Assembly (NCBI GenBank): GCA_943704425.1
Contig: CALSCP010001856.1
Span: 7,344 to 71,343 of the forward strand
Direction of reading: 5' to 3'
Source of the DNA: Ministeria vibrans ATCC 50519
Taxonomy: Eukaryota > Protista > Filasterea
Length of the DNA: 64,000 bases
Part shown: positions 41,949 through 53,900 of the stretch, in pieces
How the letters are laid out: each line of letters begins with the position of its first letter
Position numbering within the stretch: position 1 is the first letter of the stretch
The notes under the pieces: model-generated
The model's database searches: none
The model's input: only the letters and a program-made list of their open reading frames with translations
What the model was told of the DNA's origin: nothing
Translations under genes and position numbers: made by a program

Positions 41949-44900
41949 TCAGACCGCGATTGAGTTCAAATATTCGTCTTCTTGCAACGCCGACAACTCG
42001 ATTGAAAGACCCTCGACGGGGCGATCTAAACTCCCGCTGCTTTGGCTGCCACCAAATGGTCGAACGAGCCGTCCGAACCAGCTCGTACGACGATTTTCAG
42101 AGGTAGCACTCGCGATTGGCATGGCATGTGCACCCCGGCCGCCTTCCTCAAACGACTCATCGTTGTCCGATACCCAATATTGTGCGCGGTCTGGAGTTTC
42201 AAAGTCGTAAGTGGACAGTGAACGAGTGCCGCTGACAGGCAAGGCATTGTTGCTGCTGCGGTTGATGCGTGAGCGCGCCATTGGTGACGTGATGGGTGAG
42301 AGGGAATTGAGGGGAGACTGACTGCCGTGAAATACATTGAGGTGACTCGACGTGGGGCTTCCAAAAGGACTTGGAGTGGACGCGGCCAGAAGCCCGTACG
42401 AGCCGGTCTCCGGCGAGTAAGCGAGCGTCTGAAACGATGAGTGTGTCGTGGGCGGACTCGACAAGGGCGACGACGGCAACACAGTGAGACCCTGCACTTC
42501 GGACGAGCTCGAGGTGGCACGCAGCATCTCTGTGCGCGTTGCCGCGGAGCTTTTGTTGTCCTTGGACGACGACTCGGACGATTTGCTACGGCTCGCCGAC
42601 GTCTTGTGGCCTCGTTGCGACTGGCCCGTGCCACCACCTGTCCGCGTTGTGCCTCGGCTGGTCGCCGAGCGAGTGCGCAGTCGAATGGACGAGAGCAGCT
42701 CGAGGAAGCCAGAGCGAGCCTTTTGCGCAAGCACGTAGTTGACAAAGAGAAACAGCCCCAGGGCACCGTTGCACACCGAGAAGAGGTAGTGCCACACCAC
42801 AGAGGAGTGCGCAACCACAAAAAAGGCAAAGATCCACGAGGCACCGAGCAGAAACGCCAACGAAATGGCCACCGACACGCGCGACTGTCGAAGGTGCGCT
42901 GGAAGTTGTTTCTGTTGACGTCGCAGCGACAAAACAATGCGAATGCACAGAGCCAGGTTGATCACGAGCACCGTGGCAATAGGGGCGAACACGACAGCAA
43001 TAAGACGCTCGCTCGACTCCACAAAACACACACTGCCAATGTTGACGTATGCTGAGCCAAAAGAAGTGGTTGGGAGTGCAGCCAAGGTGATCACGTAAAT
43101 AAGCATGATGAGTGCGGGCACACCCACAACGGCAAGGGCCATGGCAACCACAATGCGTTTGGTGAGAGGGATCGCATCGCGAAGCAGCCGGTGAAAGCCC
43201 ACGCCGATGCAGAGCACGGCCGTAAACTGCGCCAGAAGACTGTAGTGCAAAAGCATGCCAAGGGCGAAGCAACCCGAAGTGTTCGAGGGGGGCGCCACGA
43301 GTGAGTTGACAAGGAAAAAGAGCTCGGTGCAGAAAATGGCGGCGCTGCAAATCATCACAAGAATGATCGGGCGAGTGCGCAGTTTGGGCACGGCCAGGTA
43401 CACTGCGAGGAGACTGCCGCTGCCAAAGAGCGCCAGGGCGACGCCAATCCACGAGACGACAGCGAGTGCCGGCGCGTTGACAGCTGAGTGGAGCGCCGTG
43501 TAGCCATTGACGTCAAAGAGTACGGCAAAATTTGTCATGTGCGTGCAGTTGCAGGAGACACTTGAGGCTTTGCGCGCCACCACAACGCAGCCAGCGCTCG
43601 ACCATTCCTGTGTGGCAAAGTCCCAAGCGACACATTGAAGGGATGCGTCGGACGGCACGTCGGTGGTAGTCAGTGGCAAACTGAGCGAGACGGAGGTGTT
43701 GAGTGGCAGAGGGTTAGGAAGCGAAAGTGACGAGAAGGTGGCCGTGAGCACGGGACTGACAATGATCTGCGCTGAGGCATTAATATTGGCACGCGGGAAA
43801 AACGACTCGTCTGCCATCAAATTAAGTACGAGTGGGACACACGAGGCGCCAGTGGAAAGCACGCCGGAGGCGGAAGCAAGCGATGCTGCATTAAATGTGG
43901 TCAGGGGCACCGTACTCGTGGAGAGTGATGCAAGGCCAAAGCCGTTGCCACTTTGGGCCTGCCCCGAAAGCGTGAGAGCACCGTCGAGCGTGGAAAAGGA
44001 GCGACCGTGCATGGCACAAGAATCGCTGCTATTTTCTGGCAGTTGGAGCATTTGATGTGCCATAGACTCCATCAGAGGTGCAGGGGACACGCCTGCGGCA
44101 ACGATTGCCAAGGAGGAGCGCATCAGCGCTCCAAAAACCTCAGCGAGATTCTGCATGGTCTCATTGGAGGCCGAGTGTAAATTCGTAGAGACCAGGGTGG
44201 AATTGACGAAGGAAAGGAGGTCGTTGACTTCGGCGGGGGTGTGCAGCACAACGGGACTTGCGGTAAACGAGTGCGCGACCGCCGAGAGTGCAACAAGGCT
44301 GTCGTCATTGACAGGACTGCCCGCAAGTGCATGAAGTACGGTTGCCGTTGTGGTGGGCATTCCAGTGCCCACGAGAGACTGTGCGGTGTCGGCTGACGAG
44401 TGATACGTCTCGCAGAGCGTGCCAGTGCGATACAAAGGACACTCACAGGTAAAGCCATCGGCCGGGATGGAAAGACACGTGGCCGTTGCGTGACATGGTG
44501 ACGACACACACCGATCGAGGTCCGTCTCACAGAGTTCGCCATCAAATCCTGCGGGGCACACGCAGCTGAAAGAGTCGGCGTGCGCCTCACAGGTGGCATC
44601 ATTGAGACAGGGGTCGGACGAGCAGAGGGTGTCGGCACACGTGGTACCAAAGAACCCTTCGGGGCACTGGCAAGTGCCGCTGGTGGAAACAAGACATTCG
44701 GCCTGGACACGTACGTGGAAATTGCTCCACTTCGTGTAGCCACTCACGTAACAGGTGTGCGTGCGCTGGTCGCACTTGGCATCCGATGCAAACGTGCCGT
44801 GTGCCAAGTATGGCTTGTTTACAATGGTGCGTTGCAGCAACTCACCAGTGGTCGCGTCCACATGTAGTGTGTACGCCTCAAAGACACTGTCAAAGTAGAA

Positions 44901-46542
44901 GACTCCAGCCATAAAGATCCGGTTGAGACTCATATCCACACTCAGTCCGAAACTGAGAAAAGAAAAACAAAAAGAAGAAAAAAAAAGGAGGGAAGGATCG
45001 AAATACACACAACGTCAGTGGATGAATTAAGAGGCATTAGGAACAACAACAAAAACAAAATACTTTTCTGCGTCTCCAGCATGCGGGTACGACACAAGCA
45101 ACGTCTGTGTGAGATTCGCAGTGAGGCGGAGCAGGAAAGGCTGACGTGTGACGTTGGCGGCGACGGGGCCAGTCAGGTTGCCGTACGACGCACCGGCTGC
45201 GTAGACCGTGTCGAGCGAGGGCACGTAGAGTAACGAGCGACTGAATTAAATTAAAGTGGGGGAAAAAAAAAGTCAGACTGTTGACAAAAGGGAAACATTA
45301 TGTCTTACATTTCTTCGTTGCCGAGTGTGCCGCCTTGGAAACTGGCTGCGGTTGAGAGGTCAGTTCCACGCAGTTTCAGAACAAAGTAATCGCGTGCGTC
45401 GGTCGAGGAAGGGTTCTCTTGCGTGTACAAGTGCTCGATAGTGTAGCCGGCGACAAAGACGTGCTCGCCCGTCGCGTCCCACACTGCTGCAAGTGCAGCG
45501 TCGTTCCCACCAAACTGGATGCCAATGCGTCGTGTCATTGTGCTCATGTCCACCAGAGCGACAAAGCAGTTGCCAACACCGGAGCCATAGACAGTACCAT
45601 ACGCCTCTCCGACAATAGCCATTTCATTGCTGACAGGATTATACGCACCGCCACGGCCGTAAAGAGTTGCACTGGCCTTGCTCTCTCGCCACGATCCAAC
45701 AACACCACCACTGGTGTTAATCACCAAGATGAATGCATCAGTGAAACCTAATCAAAAACCCAAGGAGGAAATAATAATTAGTACCCACACAAAATAAGAG
45801 CAACCACAGCCCTTCAGCTACACATAACCCCTCCGCCATCGACCCACGAGTACGCTCCCGCAGCTAGCGCACACCCCCTCCCCCTTCGTACCAATGTGTG
45901 CGCCTTGAATGAAGTTGGTCGCGTCGGTCGCTCCATAGGCGTACAGCGTCGTCTCGTTGGTTGGCGAGGTGTACGACGAAAGGCCAAAGAGGGTCAAATC
46001 CCCCGCGGCCTCAAAGAGGAAGGCGCCAACTTCCGTTCCCGTCTACAAACGACACATGGGGGTCCGTCAGCATTACGTCAACAGAGCGTTTCGTGTGGCG
46101 CGCGCCGTTAAAACCCCACGCGAATGGGCAAGCGTGGGGACTGACCTGCATGTCAATGGACTTCATGTGCAGCCGGAGACTAGCGCCCGGCGGCGGCGAC
46201 AAGTGCGGGCTCGACTGGCTCAGGACGAGCACTTGGGCGCCAGCAGTGTCGAGCGCAATGAAACTCTTTTCTTCGATAAACGAGCGATTTCCCGCCGACA
46301 TGGCGTATTCCTGATCGTAGGTTGGCGCACACGTGCTCTCAAGCACACATGAACCATTTTGGCAGGCTGGCGAGCAAGAAGCAACGCTCCCTATGAGAAC
46401 AAGTTGTTTGCGTTGCGGGAGCAACCGTCAGAGAGAACCCACAAGAAGGAAAAAGGACGCATCGACCGCCATCAACCACCCCAGCCGTCTGTCGAGTATC
46501 GATATTGATTAGGAAAAGCGAGCCCACGGCGATCGGGAGCAT
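41949..46542 (-). CDS. Adhesion GPCR: EGF-like unit, beta-propeller-like repeats, 3 EGF, GAIN/GPS, 7TM, long S/T-rich tail; start codon uncertain
   Basis: GPS CVAWDFATQEWSSAGC...CNCTHMTNFAVLFD; secretin-like 7TM (SWIGVALALFG, CFALGMLLHYSLLAQF, FAPIATVLVINL, FLLGASWIFAF, YLFSVCNGALGLFLF). Upstream exons carry DAFIL, VFVAGYT, DYFVLKL and VYAAGAS blades. Confidence 0.88.
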
Positions 46543-46797
46543 CGATAGGGCGCGTGGGTGTGCGAAGAAAGTGGGTTCCTCTCTCACCTTGCAATGAACA
46601 CAGTACAGAAAACAGCACAACAACGACCCACATCCCGCTGTAGCCTGTAAGCAGTAAGCAGTAAGCAGAAGGGCGCTCTGTAAAGTAGAGCGGGTCGAAC
46701 TGAATTTAATTGTGAATTTGTGTCTTGTGATGTTGAGTGATTGAACTTAGTGTAGACTTTTCATGGTAGAAAAATGAATATGAATAATAATTAAATT

Positions 46798-49466
46798 ATG
46801 CGTCTTTTGATCATCCTTGCTTGTTTGACGTTGACGTATGCCGATGTGGACCTAGTTTTCGTGGTGGTGCCTAGCGCGCCTTTAAATCAGACGAGACTCT
46901 CTCTCGCTCAACACCAAATTCAACAATCGATCCGTCTCTTAGACGATCCCAGCGTGCACTACGCCGTTGTGTGCGTGTGCGAAGACTCTCCACGGCATCG
47001 TACGATCCGCGTGGACCAGCCTCTGCGGCTTGTACAGCGCCAATCCGAGGAGGAGGAGGAGAAGGACTATCAAATTCGCCGTCTGTGCGATATCTGTCGT
47101 TCCCCTTCCCCGCAAATAGGACCGATTCCAGCCGACACTGCCTCATGGGAGGAGGCCCACCACCAGTACACTCTGGACTATCTGGACGCTGTGTTGCGGT
47201 CTCTCCGCAACGAGGCTGCTCTCCCCTTTCGACCGCGCACCGATCGCCATTTCGTTGTGCTCGGCGGACTGGCGGCGCGCTACCGCAGTGCCGAGCAACG
47301 ACGGGCCGACGCTCGCTCCACCGAGACTGACTTAGAACATCGTGGTAGTGTAGCGACGCTCATCAAGGAAATTGTGGACACTGCAACGTTGGCGCCAACG
47401 GGACTCACCTTTGTGCATGACACCAAAGTCGTGCCGATGGTCGAGGCAATTTGCGACCCAAGAGGGGCCGTCACATATGCCGATGGCTCACATTTCCAGG
47501 TGGCCCTGACGCTGTCCAATCTTATTGCTCTTGGCTCTGCCCCCGCCAGCACCCTCCAAGCGCATCTTCTCAACAAGGTATGACCGAGCGAACCCCCTTG
47601 AATACCACACCCCTTCTCTTCATAATTGTCATTATATATGCTCATGTTCTTCTTGTATGCGTCGCAAGGGCATTACTGCTTCATGTCTGGATGTCATCGT
47701 GGCAATATCCGTGTCGACTGTCAGTAGCAAACGCAATGAGGCATCTCGACGCGCGCCCCTTGAGCTTGTCTACCCTTGGTCATTGGCACACAGCCACACT
47801 CGACGCGATTGCCTCTACGACAATGACTGCCCGCTCGATCAAGTGTGCTGTCCTCTTCGTGGATGTACTTACGAGCAGCCACACAAAGACAAGTGCGACG
47901 ACGACCCCGCCGACCGCAATGCTGACAACAACGACAACGACAACGACAACGACTCGGCCCCGCTGCTTCGTTACATCCCTCGCTCGTCATATTGGAATGA
48001 AAAAAGAGACGGCTTCTGGTCTGCTCGTCAACTAGTCAACCAAGAGGGTAAGTCTCGCTCTCTTTTAAGTGTCATTTGACTCACCTTTGCGCTATGTTGT
48101 TTGTTTGTTTGTTTAGTGGATGTGCTCGAGTTGGAGTCGGCACAAGAGGAGTTTGCAGAACGAGCGGTTGCCGGAAGAGTCCCGCTGATCATTCGCAACT
48201 CGGTCACAAGTACATGGCGTGCCCTTAACACCACCAATAGAGGTATATGAATATGATAAATATGATTAATGATTGTATTTTTTTGGCAAGTCGGGACTCA
48301 ACCCGATCGGCCTTGTGACTCTAGAAGACCTTGCGTTGTGGCTACCCGACTCGCTGCGCCTTAACGACGTCAAAGAGGCGACGAGCAGCAACACCGACGA
48401 TCTGTTCTACGACACTGACACGCGCTCGGAACTCGCCGTCTCCTTTGCTGCGCCCCTCCCATACATTGTACACCCGTCCATGTCGGCCCACACAGCCATT
48501 GCTCATCTTACAAACGCCTCACTTCCGCTTTTGTACGCCTTTGAACGCGTCCCTCCCTCTCTTCGCTTTGCCTTCCAGCCCAATGCCAAGCTTTTTCTCT
48601 CGCCCGACGACGAGCAGCTCTACAAACAGTTTGTATGGCTTTCCAGTGCCCGAGTGCGCACTCACACGCACGTTGACCAGGACCACAACTTCTTTGTCCA
48701 GCTCTATGGTGTCAAGCGCTTCACTCTCTTTATGCCCGATCAACAGGACAAAATGTGCTTTTTCCCTCGAACACACCCCATGTGGCACAAGGCATCGGTG
48801 GACTTCCGTGCGCCCAACCTATCTCTGTGTCCCGGGTACGCGCACGCCAGGACGATCACCGCCACCCTCGCGCCGGGCGATGTGCTCTACGTGCCCCCCT
48901 TCACGTTCCACCATGTCGAAACGCTCTCACCGTCCGCCTCGCTCTCCACCTGGTCGCACGACATGCGAGTGTATGAGCATATGACAGCACTGTACAAGCA
49001 TGAGCACAAGTTTGATATGCTTGCGTCGCACGACGGCAAACGCTTTGCCTTGCGCCTCTTTCTCGATCTGCTGCTCGACAAGCTCTACGGTCGCAATGCT
49101 TCGCCCGCCTTCTTTCGCCACCTTCTCCAGACTCGCTTCTTGTCGCTCCCATCGCTCATACATCACTATCCGTTCCATCTGGACCGCGACCGCACGCGCC
49201 TGTGCGACGCCACGCACATCCCGACGGCCCAGCATGTCATTGGGGACGTCACGCTCGACGCAGAGTCCCTCTATGGCCATCTCAGCCGCTTTGTTCCCGA
49301 AACACGCGACATTCTCACACGCGACTATGTCGAAGAACTTATTTTGAGTGTCGTCGGACTCGACGACTTCCTTCCCTTTATGGTCTTTTGTTTTCTCGAT
49401 GGACAGACCTATCGGCTGACTGATCCGTCGCTCGACGAACACGCCACCTTGTGGCAGTACAAGTGA
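46798..49466 (+). CDS. Signal-peptide protein with a degenerate vWA-like domain, a WAP-like Cys motif and a JmjC (cupin_8) domain, multi-exon
   Basis: MRLLIILACLTLTYA then DVDLVFVV...FRPRTDRHFVVLGG; CLYDNDCPLDQVCCPLRGC; VPLIIRN; THTHVDQDHNFFVQLYGVKRF; LAPGDVLYVPPFTFHHVET. Confidence 0.72.
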
Positions 49467-49611
49467 CACGCGGCAATGAGAAAAAGAAGAGAAAGAGGAA
49501 GAGAAGGAGATAAAATAACCGTAGTAAAAGAGAGAGAGAGAGTGTGTGTGTGATTTGATTTGTACATTCGTATTTCATTAAGATTGTATTATTTTTGGAG
49601 GGGGGGTTTGC

Positions 49612-50788
49612 TTAGTCGTTTCCTTCCGCGCTTGTTTCGTTGCGAGTGAGATGGTAAACATCATAGCGATGGTTAAGAGCACGCGTAAGGTGCACGGGTG
49701 GGATGGTGGGACAGCCACCAAGGGCCCCCCAGCCAGGCGAGGGCACCTGGAAGAAGACACGACGGGCGCGTGCATGCACAAGGGCCATGGCACACATGAC
49801 GCACGGCTCGTGTGTCAGGACAATGTCCATGCCGCTACACAGGTACTGTACGCGCTCCAATTCAACTGCAGCGTGTGTGGCAAGGTCGACACCGGCCGCT
49901 AGCGCGTCCTGCTCCGCAATACGTAGCTGCAAAGCGCCTAATTCGCGCAGCAGAACCATCACCGTGTGGTCGAGCGAATAGTTGCGTCGTCGATCGCTTG
50001 TCGCCACGATGACCTCCCCGTCGTTTCCAATGACAGCCGCACCGTGCTCTGGGTGACCCTGTGCACGTGCGACAGAGGCAGCAGCCCATGCTGCTTTGAG
50101 ACCCGCATCGATCCGTTGCAACTCGGTCGGACTCAACGGATTGTCCGACAGCGCTCGCTCCAAATCGTTGTTTCGATGAAAGACCGAGGGCCAGTAGCCG
50201 TTGCAAAAGGAAAATTGAGCGCGTGTGCGCGCGGCGACTTGGGGGACGTCGTAAATCGCCGCATCGGCAAAGGTGAGTTGACCCGGTAATGATGCAAGAT
50301 CGACGCTTACACTCGCAAGCAACCTTCTCGCCAGCTCTGGGGCGTCCGGCTGGCCCGTCCCATCCACCTCAACGACCCCAAGTAATACCTGTCAAAAGGA
50401 GGGGGCAAGCGTGTGAGCAGCAGCAGCAGCAGCAGTGAATAGAGAATCGTACTGTATTCTGCAATGCTTTTTTACGCTGCCCGTTGGGCGGACTGCTGGC
50501 GTCGCTGGCGTCCGCAGCGGCACCCAGGTCATCTGTAGGTGTGTCCGGGGCGCTGGCCTCGGGGGCGTCGTCGCTATCGCTTCGCCGACGCTTTCTCGTG
50601 AGCACTTCGGTGCGGCGAACACGACGCAGATGCACCAGCGAGTCGGGCAGCGGCAGCACTGTGTTGAGGCGCGCCAGAAGCGCCCGCGTGTCGCGCGCCT
50701 CGTGTACGATCAGGGACACACACGGGCACAGCGGTACGTCTGCACGAGAGTTGGCGTCCGTCACGATTGCGCGTGCCTTCAACGGCAT
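49612..50788 (-). CDS. ADAT3: tRNA adenosine-34 deaminase non-catalytic subunit Tad3; 2 exons
   Basis: LVHLRRVRR, YWPSVFH, LDHTVM (HxV in place of the catalytic HxE), YLCSGMDIVLTHEPCVMCAMALVHAR, LNHRYDVY. Confidence 0.9.
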
Positions 50789-50819
50789 TGCACAAAATCG
50801 AACAGAGATACGAGAAACG

Positions 50820-50851
<32 letters not shown>

Positions 50852-50962
50852 AAAAAAAAATTGATCTGATTTCTGACCGAAGTCCATTAATTATTCGTAA
50901 ATACCTGCACTGGAGCACTTTCTTGAGTCCAATTGACATCTTCGGTTTTCCTTTGCCCGGCC

Positions 50963-53900
50963 ATGTCACAGGGCCCGTCGGCAAACAAGAAGAAACAGGC
51001 TTCGTTTGCGGCGTCCGTCTCGCCTCCCTTACACACCATCCCTCCAGCGGCGGCGTCGCCCTCCGCAGGGACCAGCGTCCCATCGCACGGTGGTGCCGGC
51101 GCCGCAGGCGCGACAGGGGCTGCAGCCACAGCGGCCAGTGGCAGCAACAGTGCGTCGTCGTCTTGGACGGGCGCCTCGACGCTCCCTACCCCGCCAGTCG
51201 GCTCGGAACAGGCCCCCGCGTCGGGCGCCACCGACTCCGTACCAGTGATTTCCACGACGACGACGACGGCAGCCGCCAGCGACGCCGAACACACGAGTGG
51301 CGAGTGTGTTTCGTTTGCCGAGTTTTTTGACTCGTCGGCAACCTTTCAGTTTGGGCAGTCAAGCGCTCTCGGCGGCGTATGGGCGCGTATCGCGGGTAGT
51401 CGTCGCGACGCCACGAGCTTTCTTGTGTGTCTCCTGTCAAAGCTGCTTGCGCTCGATCTCATTCCAGGTCACAACAGCGACTCGTCGGTGCGACAGATTG
51501 TTCGCATGTTGCTCGAGAGCGGCATCGACAACCCCCATTCGCTACTCTCACCGGCGGCTGCCGCAGCTGCCGCAGCTGCCTCAGAAGAACCCATCTCACG
51601 CACCATGCTGCGACAGGCGCTCGTCAGCACCATCCACTTCACCTGGTGCTACATTCCGTATGACTTTGCGTCGTTCCAGCTGCGCAAGGCGTTTCTCGCT
51701 TGGCACGCCGTGCGCGCCGGTGCAAACGCTCCTGGAAAGACATCATTTGAGAGTGAGGTCATCGATCGACTTGTCAAGACGCGCAACTTTGACTGGGTCG
51801 AAAAATGGTCACTCGACTTTGTCGCCCTCTGCTTGCGCACTTGCACTGTCCTCGCGCAGAACCTCTGTCCTACTTCGACGGGAACGGGCCTTGCAGGCGG
51901 GGCCTCGTCGTCGGCCGCCGGCGACCTCAGTCAGCTTATTGGGAGTCTGGCCGCGAGCAGCGCCTCCCTCGCAGGTGCCTCGGGAAATTTCCTGGGTGAT
52001 AGTGCCTCGGGCGGTGGCAGCGGTAGCGCTGGCGCTGGCAGTGGAAGTAGTAGCGGTGGTGGCGGTGGCGGTGGTGGTGGCGGTGGTGGCAGTGGCAGTG
52101 GCGGTAGCGGCAACACTGGGGTGAATGCGGTGCCGCACTTTGGCGGCGCCGGTGGTCAGGCGTCCGCTCTGACTGTGCCCATTGCTCCGCCCAATGCCCT
52201 TGATCTGTTTACGCCCCGTCTCCTCGCGCTCTCCCTGCTCCAACCGCTCTTTGAACAGCGCCTGCTGTCGGCTGACGGCCCCAATGTGCTCGTGCGCGAC
52301 GTCATTGTTCGTCTGCGTCTCGCCGCCAACGCTCGCTCGCCCGCCGAAGGACGGGCCGCTGCGCCGCTTTTACTGCAAATGCTCGCGTGCATCATCCGCG
52401 TCTTCCCCGGCATGGATCCACCGCTTCTGCGCGAAACATACCAAATCGTCCGTCCCATGTTTGTCTTTCCACTTCCCATCGCCAGCGACGTCACCCAGGT
52501 GCTCAACATGCTCCTGCGCGAAATGAGCGCGCCCGGCAGCGAGCGACGCCAGGCCGTGCGTCTTGAGTACGACGCAGTGTTGCGCGACGAGAAACCCAAA
52601 GCCATGCCAGACTACTTTGCACACGCATTTGTCGACATGGCATGTCCCTCCGCACATCAACTTCATGATGCTCTCAGCAAAAGAGTAAGAAAGAAAGAAG
52701 AAGAACAAAAACGGAAAAACAAAAAAAATGACTTTGAAGGTCGCTCTTGTCCTACCCCCAAAAAAGTTATTAAGCCTTTTTTCGTTCTTTCTTTTTTGTC
52801 TCAGGCGTTTATGACGGTTAAGGAGGTGCGCACTGAGTTGTTGTGTCACACGTTTCTGTCGTATTTTGGAGAGCTGACGGACATGAACAAGTTGCGGAGT
52901 CGCATCAAGGGAATGAGTGACAGTGAGTTGAGTGGACATCTAGCGACGGCGGAACTGGCCGTGGCAGAGTCACTGCGCACCGAGACGGACGAGGAGGCCG
53001 AGGTGATCATCAACACCAAACTTGCCGATGTGTACGAGGTGGTTATGACGGCAACGGCAGCAGCAGACGACGCTGCACCAAGAGAAGCACGTCACCGACT
53101 GGGTCGCTCCAACGATGAAGGGTTTGCTGAGAGCAGAGGCAACGGTGAAGATGGAGATGAGAACGCAGACGACGACGACGATAACAACAACAACAACAAC
53201 GATGACGACGACGACGACGACGACGAGAACGACGAAGACGACGAGGACGAGGACGACGACGCTACCGGCCGCCATGATGTAATGACAGGCGGAGGTGGGG
53301 GCGACGACAACTTGTTCCACCGCATCAAGTATGCCGATGCCAGCACAACCCACTTCCCCTTGTTACGCTACCAGGTGAACGATTTGCCACGCGATGTGTT
53401 GTCGGGCCCCGACGCCGCCTACGGCACGGTGGGACCGACCATTACGGCGCACGGCGAGACGGTGGAGTTGAACATTCCACACTCAACTATGCTTGTGAGT
53501 CATTTGTTTGCGACGCTTCAGGAGCACTGCAGTTCGGGTCGCAGTGGCCCTATGCGCATTGTCGTAGCGGGCTGCGACAGTTCACTGAGCTGCATTGTGC
53601 GTGCATTGAGCATCATCATGTTCACGCAAACCGACCTGTACCTTCAGACACCCATTCAGCTGTACATTTTGCCGCTGTCGTCGGGCGAGCAGGCCGGCGA
53701 AATGACGCACGTTGGCCACTACCTCGCTCACATGGACGGCTGGTACGCGCACCGTGTGCTTCGTTCGTCGCACGCACTGCTCCAACTGCGCTTTCACTCG
53801 GCCGAATCCATGTGGTGCGACCTTGACCCGGCCTACCTGCTGCGCTCCAACATTGACGACTACGTCCGCAACGCCTGGAACCTACTCCCGTTGCGCGTCC

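Noticed and set aside
46641-46670. Short (GTAAGCA)x3 repeat between the aGPCR and JmjC genes as a regulatory element
   Set aside because: Too short and unsupported in a genome full of simple repeats.
49612-50788. ADAT3 as a pseudogene because the catalytic Glu is missing
   Set aside because: HxV in place of HxE is the normal state of the Tad3 subunit.
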